From assembly GCA_964247055.1 (NCBI GenBank), contig OZ176055.1, forward strand, positions 9,982,001-10,046,000: a DNA stretch of 64,000 nucleotides, in the 5' to 3' direction. Shown piece after piece: positions 26,654 through 40,619 of this stretch. Numbering within the stretch: position 1 is the first letter of the stretch; each line of letters opens with the position of its first letter. Made by a program: the position numbers and the translations under genes. This stretch comes from Paragordius varius (Eukaryota > Animalia > Nematomorpha). The notes under the pieces are model-generated. The model saw nothing but the letters and a program-made list of their open reading frames with translations. It was not told where the DNA came from and searched no databases.

Positions 26654-28568
26654 GTTTATAGTTTTAAAGTTTTTTTAGTAAAATTTGAATTGAACGAAAA
26701 ATTGAAACGATTTTTTTTCATACCAAAAAAATTGATTAAATGATTAGTATTTTGAATTTTAAATAAATATATATGTATGTCTTTTTTAGTGAGAACCTTA
26801 AACGAACCAGTCATGTAATCTCACCTTGTTACATTGAATGCCATGATATATCAAGGAATAAAAAAATTATACGAAATAATTATTGATTAATAATTTTTTC
26901 CATTAATTATATTATTTCTAAATATGTGATTATTATTTGATGTTATACACATATATATATAGATTTTGTACGAAATGCCTTTATCAATAAATTTTATAGT
27001 ATTCTTAGAGATTTTTTTGTTCCGTATTTAACAAAATGGTATTTCGTTTTTCTTTTTTAATTTAAAAACTCACTAAAAGACTTTAAAACTTGGTTGAAAA
27101 ATCACTATAAAAGATTTATTAGCCAATATTGTGTATTTAATTTAAAGCAATTATATTTTTTAAACATTAAACCGTGTATTCAAATATTTTTAAAAAGAAT
27201 CTAAATAGTTTTTTAATTATTAACATGCAGCGAGTTTAATAGGTATTATAAAAAAATATTTTATTCCTGATAATATTATCTTAATGAATTTTTTTAGGCT
27301 GTATTTGAAATGCAAAAAAATTAAAAACATCTTTTAATTTTTATTTAAGTCTTTACATTTTCTATTTTTCAATAAAGTGCTTGACCGTAGTTTTTTATGT
27401 CCGATAATTAGTTTATTTAATATATCTATATATCACCCATGATTGTTATAAAATTGTTGATTGAAGAGAGATATAGAATTATAATATACCTCAACAAAAG
27501 GGTCTTGATACGGATATTAGCCATGTATTTCCCACAATGGGGCTAACATCAAACTTTAAACCTATACCATTCAAAAAAATTCCTGAAACGAGCGGTATTT
27601 CTATAAATTTATGCTTTTATCTTAAAAAAAGCTAATTAATTAAACTTTCATATATAGTATGCATTTTAATGGTTGCTTATATAACAACAATATAGTTAGG
27701 GCACCGATTTTAAATGGAAAAGGCGGGACAACTCTTAACGGAAGAGGGGAGGGGGTAACTATCCAAAATTCTTTAACATAAAATAATATCTTAATATGTT
27801 TTTATTTTTAAAATAATACAATTTATAAGTATAAAAAAATGAATAATTATTTATTCCTTTATATATTTTTTGCATGAGTGAATTTGTTTGAGCAGATTGT
27901 TATCATTTTTTAATATACAGTAAAAACCAAATTTATACGGACAAAACTACATTTTTTTAGAGGGAAAACATCGTGTTTTTGTGGATTCTATGGCTAGAAC
28001 TTGAGTTTGAATAAATTTGAATAATTATATGGATGAAAACGGTTAAATTAACAATTTTTTATTTTAGTTTATTAACTTGATTAATTCCATTAAAATATTT
28101 GGCGCAAGCGAAATATCAGGTCATTTTGATTCTTTATCATTCATGAAATGTTATATAAAAATGCAAACTTTTGAAATGAATTTAATTATTTCACATTTTA
28201 TATAAAACAAAATGATTTTAACCGGCGTGGGGTTGTCAACAACCCCGATTTGTCTTGAATACCTTTAAACTTCTGTAGCTCCCATTAGTGCATTAGTGAG
28301 ACATTGATAGTTTTATAAATAAAATTAAATCCCTCAAACTGTTTCTATAAGGCATTTTAAAAAAACTTTTTTTCATTCTGCTAATTAAAAAATTCGCATA
28401 ATTTTTTACCTGGAATTTGCTTAATTTTTTAACATACCTAATTACATTTATAATCGCCATTGTACTGAACTCTTTCAGTGTTTGCAGGTTAATTTTAAAC
28501 TCATTATATAAATATACATATATTTTAAGTTATAATGTCAACTCAATTATGTGTTGTGTTCTGACATA

Positions 28569-28740
28569 CACTAGCGTATGGTATAAAATAATGTTAGTCC
28601 TTAAAAAGGGTAAAAAAATGTTTTTCATAAAAAACAAGGGGATATTATGGATATGTTTATATATAACCTGGCTTAATTTTTTTAATTGTACATTTTGTTT
28701 TCTTTTATGGACTAACATTGTTTTATGCCATACGCTACTG
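28569..28740. mobile_element. Short MITE family D (TIR ~40 bp CAGTAGCGTATGGCATAAAACAATGTTAGTCCATAAAAG)
   Basis: TA flanks and inverted ends; second copy at 30454-30609. Confidence 0.85.
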
Positions 28741-29237
28741 TATGTATATAAAGGAGGAATGATGTTGATGATAATAAAATTTATATATCAAAAAAAGAAA
28801 AAAAATTAAAATACCGCCAATTTGTCACACTCACGTATTAATTTTTTTTATTTTATAATCTATAAAATATTTTACCTGTATTTATATTAAATTAAATGAT
28901 ATCATTATAATTGTAATAATGTTTAAAATTTATGGTCCTTTAGTTTAAAATAAAGTACACACATTTTGATAAATGAGTTGAACCCTGTCAAAGAGTTTTT
29001 TTTCGTTTTTGATTAAATTACAGAGGCGGTAAAATAAAACAGTTTATAATATTAATTTATATACTAAATAGGTATCAATTAGTACCATTATATTATAATA
29101 TATATATATATATATTACAGTATTTTTGTAATTATATTGCGTTTAAAAAATTTATAATTTTAATTTTGACTTTTTAGGATAATATATGATGCAATGAAAT
29201 ATAACGGTTTATCAAAATAAAAAATTAAATTAGTATT

Positions 29238-29276
<39 letters not shown>

Positions 29277-29386
29277 CGAATTATCAGATGCCAGAATTAC
29301 GATTTGCACCGAAATGGTATATTCGGTGATGAATTTGAATATTATACTTATTTAAACTGACATGAAAGCAAATTTGTGAGAATTAT

Positions 29387-29685
29387 AATAAAAATTGAAA
29401 TTATGCGGACAAAACGTGGAAATATAAAGACAAATATTTTTTTAAAAGACAACCCCATACTTTTTTAAGTTTTATTTTTAAAATATTATAACTCATTGTT
29501 TTAAACTCCAAAATATAATATAGAAATGTAAATTGGTAAAACAATCAATTATCTATTTTACGATTGTAATTAAATGTTTTTTATAGTATAAATAAAGGTT
29601 TAAAAGTATGGGGTTGTCTTTTGATAAAAAAAGTTTTTAAATTTTTACATTTTGTCCTTACTACGTATAATTTCAATTTTTACTG
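29387..29685. mobile_element. MITE family A
   Basis: Both TIRs present, including GACAACCCCATAC / GTATGGGGTTGTC. Confidence 0.8.
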
Positions 29686-30453
29686 TAATTTTTGGTTATG
29701 TGGATTTTCTTCCGATACTTCCTTAAGAAAAACAATAACTTTGCATTTTTTATCTTTGTTTTCTGTTTGCTAATATTTATTTAATAAGATATTTCAAGTT
29801 TATTCAAGTATCATTTCGAAACAAAATTGAAATTAATGCTCAAAAAATAAATTCATCTAATGATAACTATAATATGTTACAAAAATCCGCACAGGCTTTC
29901 TCACAACGGGTTGCTCGAATTCGTAAAATCCCTACAAACTTTGTGCTTAAATTAATTAATATTTACAATAAATTTTAAATGTTCATAGGCACCGGTTTTC
30001 TTTTCTCAGAGTTTTTTTTAAAGATAGAGTTTTTAAGTCGGAAATAATTTAAACCTAAAAAAATACAGTCAATTTTGCTCGGTTGGCTAGAGTTTTAAAA
30101 TTTAAACTATTGGGGCTTTAACAATACAGAATTAAATTCACTCTTTTTAGCCCTTGTTTTAGAATACATAGTTTTTTTATGTTAAAATTAAGAATAAACT
30201 TAAATTTACTAGGTAATAATGCATGAGAAGTTCCGAGGCAAGTTATTTATCCTGTTTTTAACCAGAAAGCTTTTAAATAATAAATATAAAATTTATTTTT
30301 TTTATAGTTTTCTCATAATGGCTAACAAATATTTTAACTATACAAAATTATAATTATAATCGTATAAAGATTATAAATATTTTATTATACGCAAACACAC
30401 ATATGTCATAAAAATATATTTTAATAATCATAATTAGCTATAATTGCATTATA

Positions 30454-30609
30454 CAGTAGCGTATGGCATAAAACAATATTAGTCCATAAAAGAATAAAAA
30501 AATGGAAAGGGGAGAGATATATTGAGGATATAGGTAAATAGTACCATATTTGAAAAAAACATTTTTCATCCTTTTATGGATTAATATTGTTTTATGCCAT
30601 ACGATACTG
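30454..30609. mobile_element. Short MITE family D
   Basis: TA-CAGTAGCGTATGGCATAAAACAATATTAGTCCATAAAAG...CTTTTATGGATTAATATTGTTTTATGCCATACGATACTG-TA. Confidence 0.88.
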
Positions 30610-31319
30610 TAAATGAAAACGCAGTAATACAATTATAAAACAGATCTTAAAAGAAAATTATTTTTTTAAGGAGTTTCCTGTAAAATTCTTAAAGAAAAAA
30701 ATTATAAACTTATTTTCTGATATCAATTTTTCTTTCCTCTGATGACATTATGAATTTAAATGATATATTAGTATATAACAATTTTGATGACTGATATATA
30801 CATATATATATATATAAAGATAACTTTAGTTAATTAATTAATTTATTTCGAATAAAATTATATTGTTTGATCGAATGATATATATATTTATGATATAAGA
30901 TATTCCCAATAGTCAAATATTTTTATTTTAATATTCTCACATCTTAAATCATTTATTTATAGATATATATTTTGATAAGTTTCAATTATATTTTTTACGT
31001 TTATTTTATATATATATATATATATATATAATTGTTTAATAATATTACATAATAAAGTTATATATCTTATCATTCACATAAAAATGATGAATCCTTCTAA
31101 GGAATACTAATAAGCCATTTAAAAATTCTCTCATAAATATAGTTTTTTGTGATGGTTATTAATTTCACTTTTATAATATTTTATTAATATTTTTATTGTT
31201 TTTTTAATAATTTTATTCCATATTTTCTGATAAAACTAATAAATGTATCTAATTTTTCTTATCATAGTTAAAATGATAATAGATGCAGATAAATTGGTTT
31301 TTAAAATTAAGAGAATTAC

Positions 31320-31592
31320 ATTGAAAACTGTATACGGAAAAACCGAAAGATATAAAGACAAATATTTTTTTCTCTAAAACATAATCCCATACTTTTTAAA
31401 TCTTGATTTATTTCAATATAACTCACTCATTGTTTTAAATGGCAAAGTATGAAATATATATTACTAATACAATCACTTCTATATTTTGTAAGTAACTAAA
31501 TAGCTTATATGACAAAAATATATGGTTGTCTTTTATAATAAAATATATTTGTCTTTATATTACGTTATGTCCGTATAATTTCAATTTTTCTG
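31320..31592. mobile_element. MITE family A, diverged
   Basis: Degenerate left and right TIRs with the family internal sequence (ATATAACTCA...TTGTTTTAAATGGCAAAGTATG). Confidence 0.7.
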
Positions 31593-31943
31593 TATATGAT
31601 ATTTTATTTTTTTACAAATAAAATTATCCGTGATATTTTTAAATTTTAAAAACTTAAAAAATGTAATAAAACCGAACATCTCTATTTTTTTATTTAAAAG
31701 TTTAAATAAAATCATATCTTGATATTCTTACAGCCACAAACTTTTTTAGTTTTAAGGGATTTCCCATTAATATCTCGGATTGAAACCATTCTTTAGAATT
31801 TTTAAAGTTTTCATAATGTTTTCAGGGTGGTAAATTCGTGGAAATTCTAAATACTTTGCGTTTGTTTCTATGAATTAGTTATTAAAAAAAACTCTAATGG
31901 ACAAGAGCATTCTCAAATTAAATATAAAAAATATCTGAATTTA

Positions 31944-32239
31944 CAGTAAAAATTAAATTATACGGACAAAAACGTAAAAATATAAAGACAAATATTTTTT
32001 TTAAAAGACAACCAACCATACTTTATAAATCTTGATTTTTTTAAATATATATCATTGTTTTTTAACAAAGTTTAAAATAGAAATGTAAATTGGTAAAACA
32101 ATTAATTATATATTTTACAAACCTAATTAAATAAAAATAGCAAATATAAAGGGTTTAAAAAGTATGGGGTTATCTTTTTGAAAAAAAATATTTGGCTTTA
32201 ATACGTTTTGTCCGTATAGTAAAATTTCAGTTTTTACTG
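31944..32239. mobile_element. MITE family A
   Basis: TA-CAGTAAAAATTAAATTATACGGACAAAAACG...TTTTTACTG-TA. Confidence 0.88.
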
Positions 32240-33135
32240 TATTTTTTTATCATTCCGAAGCGCGACGGTGTCCTAAAATAAAAATCAATTATATAATATT
32301 AATAAAATAATGGGAATATATGATCTTTAATTATTTTGCCATTATGTTCTATTATATATCTGTCCTTTTTAATTAATGGAAAAGCGCATAAAAAATGTTC
32401 TTTTTAAGTCATATGCCGATTTTTTTAGAGACAAAAAGTGTGTGTGATACATTTTGAAAAAAAGTCATAAAAATCAATTATATATATATATATATAATAT
32501 CCATTTATTACACTTACAATTTATTTTATTTTATGTCATATAAAAATTATATCAGTGTCATTATTATTAATCTATCAATGGTATCATAAAAGTATAATGA
32601 GTTACCCAATAATTTTTTACGCTAATTTCTGATCCATCAATCTTAGTAGGATGTTCTGAAAATTTTACAAAAATGTTAAATTTTTTAACCTGTTCTCTAC
32701 AAATTAATATGATTGTATCGATTTTCTCACTTTACGGTAAAATAAAGGGTGTCCAACACTAATGACTTTGCGCGCATTCGAATTATATAATTTTTAACTA
32801 TTTTATTAGATTTCAAAGATATTAATGTAAAAAATGGAAAAAAAACAATATATTACTATCACTAATTTTTGTTAGTTTATTGCCTATTGGAAAGACTTTA
32901 TGTTTTAAGAATCAAACTAAGATTTCATATGCATATATTTGCAAATTATGGCATTTTATCGGGCTGCGTGTTGGATACGCTTGTGTTAAATAATACGGGC
33001 TGAAATATCTGTATACATAATTTGTAAATTAAAATAGCATTTTATTAAAATAAGCTTATAAATATGTATAAATCATTACAAATTCATAATTTTTATTTTT
33101 TAAAAATACTACACCTGTAATTATATAATGACCAT

Positions 33136-33164
33136 CACCTGTCAATCATATATTGATTGACGTG
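33136..33164. promoter_or_regulatory. Candidate TALE (Pbx/Meis-Prep) inverted motif pair plus E-box upstream of Evx
   Basis: CTGTCAATCA (reverse complement TGATTGACAG) at 33139-33148 and TGATTGAC at 33154-33161, with an overlapping CACCTG; about 800 bp upstream of the Evx ATG. Confidence 0.45.
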
Positions 33165-33962
33165 CGTATTTAAATTTAATTTTTATTGTGCAGGAAAAAA
33201 CAGAAGTATGCATTTTAATTTTTTTAAATTTAAATAAAAAAGTAATAAAAACCAATGAATTAATAAACTTTAATTATCTGTATATAAATTTTATGCGTAT
33301 TAAAATTCAAATGATGGTGTGGCCGGATATTCAAATTATACTTGACTTTAAAATCGTTTTTTTCTCTTTGTAGTTTTATACCGCGACATGGTGAATTAGT
33401 TTAATTAAAATACATTTTTTTAATTATAATCGTATTATTTAAAATGTATATTACAGGTAGATTATTAAAATAAGACAAAAGTATTTATTTGTTTTAGGAA
33501 ACGTAGTAGACAATTAAAGTCAACACTGTCGCAATTTTTATTGTCTTTCTTTGATGTGCCATATATGTACAGCATATCAATTTAAATTTAAGAGATTAAA
33601 ATAAAAATGTAAAAAAATATAAATTAATGACTTAAAAGTCAGAGGCGAGAGTTGTTAAAACCATAAAAAATTAATAAAGGAAACCATCAGTAGGAAGAAC
33701 AATTATGATTGCTTCTAATACATATATAAATAGTTTATATCAATATCGATTTCGTAGATACAAATATAAAATATTTTTAATCATATATTTGTAAATTTTA
33801 ACCTTTGGTTTTAAATGATTCGTAGTTTTATTCATAATATCATTATATATACACTGGTTATTAAAAATTTTAGTCATATCTGTTTTTATGTTATAATCAA
33901 CGATCTTATCACCTAATCTGTTTTTTTATTCAAAAAATAAAATAACTTTTTTTTCTCAAAAA

Positions 33963-36900
33963 ATGGATACATATTCCACCAAAAATTCTCAAAATCTCAA
34001 AAATTTCGATACATCCAACGATTCCTATTTGCAAACAAGTCATGCCCCCCTATTTAATCCGTACTGTTTTGGCCCGACACCTATGGGCATACCCTTTATA
34101 TTAAATCAAAATGCTTTCAATAGTCAAAATTATCAGAAAAATTATTATCAACGAAATCCAGCATTAATTTTTAATCCTTTAATGGTGTATAGTAGCGAAC
34201 AACCAAACGCCAATGCATTCTTGGATCCTTCGAAACCGTTAAATTTTCCGCCTATATATCCGACTTATTCAAGTAAAACTGACAATTTAACTTCGGCTCC
34301 ATCAATTATGACAAATCAAGATTTCGACAAGAGTCAAGTCGAAAGTCCTGTTACAAAATTAAATGGCCATCTTAGTCATAAAAAGATACCGAATACTAAC
34401 AATAAAAATTTGTCTAACAATAATTTCAGCAATAATAGCACGAACTATTTTAATAATTTCAATCATCCGTACTCAGGTTTTGTCAATCCTCCCAATCAAT
34501 GTAAAAGCCTTAAAACCGCTAACAATATGAATTTCGGCAAATTCCAGCAATTTTATTATAACAACAACAATCAGCCTCAGTATTCTTACGATGAATATTT
34601 AATGATGATGAGTTCACCCTATTGTAACATATCTTCGACAGAACTTTTCCAACACAATATAAATGGCAACTCTGTTAAACATTTTCAAGCTGAAGGACCA
34701 ACGTCTGAAAACTCTGTTTTGCAAAAAAGTATTTTTTTAGAAACTTTTTTAGCTGTTTTTTGTATGTTTGTTAAAAAGCTTTTGCTATTACATATTTTTA
34801 GATCCTAAGATAGATCAAAATCATGTCGAAGGCATTCTACCACAGTCAGATTCAGGAAACGCTAAAATAATTGACAGGTCAGCCATGACCAATATTAAAC
34901 GTGAATTTGTTCAAACTGATCATGAGAGTTCCCCAAAAGACAAAGGAATACATATTTGCAATAAAATACCCCTGCAAACAGATACTTGTTCCAATTTTAA
35001 ACCTATAAATAACAAAAATAATATTAATTCTACCTCCTATTTTAAACAACCAAATCCTTCTAAATTTCCAGGAACTACGCCTTCAGAAGACCCTAGTTTA
35101 ATAAGTGATGAAAACTCCTCAACTGCATCAACCAGCAGTAAAGAAAGCCGGGAAAATGGTGTAAATACCCAGGGAACTAAAGAGATCTCCCAATATGTAC
35201 AAAAACGTAAAATTCCGCCTACTTTTGAGTCCACAAACTTTCCAAACGTGACATCACCGTCAGATTCTATGTTATTGTTAAATTGTGATTACAACACTAA
35301 TTCTTTCGATGATAAAACTAAAAAAACATCAAATTATAAAAATGATAATCCTACAAATATCGACGAAACTGAAAGCAATCATCAAACATTCAATTTAAAT
35401 GCAACCGAGGCGGCAAATCTTAGACGGTATAGAACGGCTTTTTCGCGCGAACAGCTGGCAAGGTTAGAGAAAGAATTCCTCTCAGAAAATTATGTCTCAC
35501 GTCCAAAACGGTGTGAATTAGCCGCTAAACTTAACCTACCGGAATCAACTATTAAGGTAACTTTTTTTTATTATAATTTTCGAAAAAGAAAAATTTACAA
35601 TCAATTTTTTGCTAATATTGTCAAAGAAAACGATTATTGTTATGTAATTATTCTTGGATTCAAAGAAATGTTTTGAAAAAATTTCCTGAAGAAACAATAG
35701 TTTTTTATTTTTTGTTCAATGTGTTATCTATAAACTTTTTTTGATAGTCATTTTAATATAATCGTTTCTGTCATATCAGAAAAATATGAAAATATCCATA
35801 AAAAACGGAGATACCAGGTGTAATTTTAAGGGTTATTATACATAAAATATTAAAATATGGCATTAAAAACATATATTTAGCCATATTTCTGGTGTTTTAA
35901 TGTGACATTTATTTGTCCAAATATGATAAAACCACATAGTATATTTTAACGGCGCACTTTAAAAATGATAGACACCTTCATAAAATTACTTTTATTATAC
36001 CGTAATTATCGATTTTCTATAAGCTTTCTGATATTTGTGATCTCCTATTACCAGTAATAATAGAAAAAATTGGCCACATTTTAAGGGAAAATGTATGATA
36101 TAATATAAGTATCAAAAGCACGTGACACTTAATCACGAGGTTTGCACATTTTTTAGAAAATATTATTAACTTACAAATAAAACGGAAACAGCCTAACTTC
36201 TGTTTAATTGAACAATAATTGCGCGTTGGAATATTAAATTATATTTTTATAATACTAAATGTAAAATATTACGAAAAAAAAAACAGTAAATTAAAGAGAA
36301 ATATTCATTTTTTAATTGCTTTCATAATTAACCTAATAATACATAATTTCTGGTATATATAATAATTGACTTTTAAAACTTAAGTTAACATTTTTAATAG
36401 AGTAAAATATACCGGCGGATATAAACTTCAAAGATAATCAATTATTACCTTGTATTGATTACTATATATATATATAAAGGGTTGATTGAGTTCCTATATT
36501 TGCAATTAAAATTATCAATTATTTTTTTAGATTTATAACTAAAATGTAATATTTATAGTAGGGCAACATTTTATTTTTTTATTTTTTAAAATCAAACTTA
36601 TCCAATCCAAAACTATAATCAAATTAATAATATGTTCACTTGTCGTTTGAAAACGATAATAATCATAATGCAACTAAAAAATTGATATTAGATAAGCAAT
36701 TATGATAGATACGAGAATTTGGTCCCTTGAGACTATTTATATATCATTATTTTGCTATTATTGGTTTTAAAATGTAATTTAATGATAATCATATTTTAGA
36801 AAAACTTTACCAAGAATATAAATATATATAAGGATGAGTGATATTTTCAACACTATTTAGACATGCTTATTTATTTCTTATTTCATTTGAAGAGAGTTTA

Positions 36901-38156
36901 GTTGTCATAAAAAGTAATTAAATTATGGCACACATAATAATTCATAATAATAATGGAGAAATTGAGCTCTTTTTCCTTTTGTGGGGAACCAATTTTTAGC
37001 TTTAAAAGTAAAAATTGAAATTATACGGACAAAATTAAAAATAAAAGACAAATTTGTTTTAATATAACGACAACTATACTTTTTAAAACTTTGATTTTCC
37101 ACGCATAACTACATAAACACAATTTTAATTTATATAATTTAATTTTAGATTTATATTCCCAAAAAAAGTTAAACTTTAAAATCAAACCTTTTCAAAATAT
37201 GGTTGTCTTTTTGGGAAAAAATATATTTGTCTTTTTATAGTACAGTAAAATCCCAAGATATACGGACAAACGTAAAAATATAATGACAAATATTTTTTGT
37301 AAAAGACAATTTCATACTTGCTCAATCTTGATTATTTTAGTTATGACTCATTGTTTTGAACTCCAAAGTATAATATAGATATGTAAATTGGTAACATCAT
37401 TAATTATATATTTTAAGATTGTGATTCAATTATTTTTATAGGATAAATTAAGCATTTTTTAAGATATGGATGTCTTTTAGATAAAAATATTTGTCCATAT
37501 AGTTTTACATTCGGTTCCTATATAATTTCAAATTTTTACTATAAACTTTACATTTTACCCAAATATTTCAATTTTAACTTTGCTAAAAAAAATTTTTTCT
37601 TCTGGCTTACATACAGGTCTGGTTCCAAAACCGTCGAATGAAGGATAAAAGACAACGTTTAGCATTTGCCTGGCCTTACTATTATTCCTATTATCTATAT
37701 CATCAACAACAACAGCAAACTTTATTTCAGGAAACTAAGAATTTTACAATCCCGCCTAAGGAATCATCCATAGTTAGCTCAGAGAATACTATTGGAAATA
37801 ATGCAAAAAACTGCGAAAAAAACTGTGAAAATTCCACGCAAATTAACGCTAAAAATTATCACCATGAACCAACTTGCAATATGTCTAATTTTATAGCTAA
37901 TGAAAATACTAGAAGTCTTAACAAAGCACTTGAAAGCGGACTAACTTCTGAGAGCGATTTTCAAAATAAAATTTCACCCAAAGAAAAGTTAAAACAACAA
38001 AATGCATTGATAGATGACTCTAATATCCGGCTAGAAAAAAATTGTAAAAAAAAGTTAAAATCTGAAAAATTTGCGGGTTCTGAAACAACTAAACCGCTAG
38101 ATATAACAAGTTTTTATCCTTTAACAGTTAAAAATGATACTGAGGATACAATATAA
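33963..38156 (+). CDS. EVX: Even-skipped/Evx homeobox transcription factor (3 exons, ~686 aa)
   Basis: Exons 33963-34728, 34802-35556, 37617-38156. Homeodomain [46 protein letters not shown]|[21 protein letters not shown] is diagnostic of Evx/eve, with an intron between K and V in helix 3. The N-terminal exons are inferred from phase only. Confidence 0.95.
37006..37582. mobile_element. Nested MITE A pair in Evx intron 2 (inner 37243-37541 inserted in the right TIR of the outer copy)
   Basis: The outer right TIR is interrupted at TA at about 37241 and resumes at about 37542-37582. Confidence 0.7.
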
Positions 38157-38172
38157 CTTAAAATATAAATTA

Positions 38173-38415
38173 CAGTAAGAATTAAATCAAATTATACGGA
38201 CAAATGGTAAATATTTAAAGACAAATATTTTTTTTTCAAGAGACCACTGTACTTTTTTAAAGTTGATTTTTGAAACATAAGTCATTGTTTTTAATTGGAA
38301 CAATTAATCATGTGCTTTTTATTTGAAATAAAATAATTCATAGGTATAAAAAAGTATGGGGTTGTTTTTCGAAAAAAAATTTGTCTTTATATTTTTACGT
38401 TTTGTCCGCATAAAT
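38173..38415. mobile_element. MITE family A immediately after the Evx stop codon
   Basis: TA-CAGTAAG...TATACGGACAAA begins 17 bp after the stop; right TIR ends at about 38415. Confidence 0.75.
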
Positions 38416-40404
38416 ATGATGCTTATAACCGTGTATTTTTGCGACAATATCACTAAAAATATTTTCAGTATTACTTCATAGTTATTATTTATTTTAACTC
38501 AACTTTGCGTGCTACAAATATAATTTTAGTATTTTTTCCCCCGATATATATTTTATAATATTGTAACGCTTATTTGACATACCGTATACCACTAGAAAAT
38601 TGTATAAATAAATTTTTTTTAGTATATAACTGTTTTACAACAAATATTGAGATTTTTAATAATTTTCATATCGATTTCCTATTATAAGATGGTTATATTT
38701 TAAAATATTACGATTTAAGTTTAATGTCTGTCCTTTGAAAAAATATGTTTCTTTATATTTTAACGTTTTGCCTTTATTTCAATCTTGATTTCATATGATA
38801 ATATACAGTCAAACCTATTTTTGCGTAGAGTTTTTTTAAAATTGATCCTGACCCATTTTTACCTATTTAAAGTAATATTAAGTAGTAAACATTGCATATG
38901 ACATCATGTGATTGTTTGGATAAATTTTATTGGTAGATTTTCTTTTTCAACCAATAACTTTATTCGTCTGCTAAATTAATATAAAATTTAGTCATTCACA
39001 TTCTTTATAAAATATTTAATTGTTGACTGTTATGTTTTATTTCTGAAAGAGTATTTTTTATTCTGAACTTATTTTAATATATTTTTATATTTAAGATTTG
39101 CCATGAAAAGCTAAATATATAATTTTAGAAAACGAGTGGCAAAATCATCAATATTTTAAAAACTGTATAGTTGAGCAAAGCTTGGTTAAAGTTGACAATT
39201 TGTTTATTTTGGGTATAAAACTTTTCTATGTGTCCGTGTATCGCATGAAAAGAGGTCTTAAAATAAAAATTATCAATTATTTATCATAAGGATTAATTTA
39301 AATATTTAGCATTGTAATTACGCGATAGTCCATAGGGTTAAATTAAGAAAAAACGCTATTAAATATAAATACGTCCTTTTACTTAAGAAATTAAAAAAGT
39401 TATCTCAAACTTTGTTTGCAATTACATTTTAATTTAAATTATGAATAGACACCTGTCATTATCATGGAATATTGTCAATGTTTTTAAATCATTATTGTTT
39501 AACAGTACAAATTATTTTGATTTATGCTAATTTTTTTGTTTTTTAAAACAAATTGAACTTTTTTGTGAAGACAACATAGGACATATAATTTCCTGTCGGC
39601 ACTTCATTTTAAAAAAAAGCAACCACTTGTAAAAAAGAAAGATAAAAACAGTAATATCTGGTAATTATTGTGGTTTTTTAATACTCAAAATTGACTTTTT
39701 ATATATCTTTTAAATCTTTAAGTCGATGATACTTATATAAAATAATTAGACAAGTGTGTGTCTCTCGTTTTATGTTATATTGTATTTTTCTTTCTTTAAA
39801 TACATACATAATAATTAAATTAAAATTAATGATGATCTTTTAAAATAATTTGTACATATATAATAAAAATACCGACATTTTATAGCACCGTGGGTATCAT
39901 GTCCTTGTTAAAGAAAAGGAAGTCTTTGAAACAACCTATAAATAAATTATTTATATTCTTCTATTAAAATATGTTGAAACTATCAAAAAAATAGATAAAT
40001 TATATTATATCTAAAAAAATTTAAAATCGAAAAATTGAATGGTTACAGATATGTCAATTTATGATTACTAAAACAATTTTGCGTATTATAAAAAAATAGG
40101 TACAAAATTAAACTTATCTCTTCTAACCATATATTATGCTGTGAAATTTAGAGTTATGATTTAACGGTCAATAGACACATAATTGCAAACTAGAAATGAA
40201 AAATATTTAATAATTGTTTATCTTGATATCGAACATCAATGCGTTTTCTAATCTGATTCCGCCTGTGATGTTCCCAAAGTACCATAGCTTTGTTTAATTT
40301 TGATCTATTGAGGTAAGGAGCGGTGTTATAGTATTCAAATACCTTGTTGACTATTTCTTCCATGTAATGTTCAGAACTATTAGAGAAAATTAAATTCTGT
40401 AATT

Positions 40405-40619
40405 CAGTGGTTCCCCAAAGGGGGGGGGATTTGGAGAATATAATTAAAAATAAAACCAGAAATAAATTAAAAGATTTTAGGTGCAAATTATCAAGATTTG
40501 TCATCGGTATGGAAAAAATATTTCAAACAATGCAGATATCAGGATCTTATATATTGGAATTAAAGATCTTTTATTTTTAATTTGGTAGAACGTGAACAAA
40601 AAAAGGTTGGGAACCACTG
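40405..40619. mobile_element. Non-autonomous hAT (Charlie/Buster-type) element, 215 bp
   Basis: TIRs CAGTGGTTCCCCAA / TTGGGAACCACTG. Perfect 8-bp TSD CTGTAATT at 40397-40404 and 40620-40627 (nnnTAnnn). Confidence 0.92.

Noticed and set aside
27475-27597. Exon-like segment (NIPQQKGLDTDISHVFPTMG...) and another at about 26790-26885 downstream of NAB
   Set aside because: Could not be joined in phase to the NAB model; possible alternative exons but unsupported.
27697-27770. TAGGGCACCGATTTT...AAAAGGCGGGACA...GGGGAGGGGG, resembling a hAT-Tip100-like end or a G-rich element
   Set aside because: No partner TIR or TSD was found; too short to call.
28417-28809. 130-aa hydrophobic ORF and other F/I/K/Y-rich ORFs (6104, 16664, 22001, 30438, 46524, 46703, 51624, 52053)
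   Set aside because: They overlap MITEs or AT-rich low-complexity DNA, and their composition mirrors base bias.
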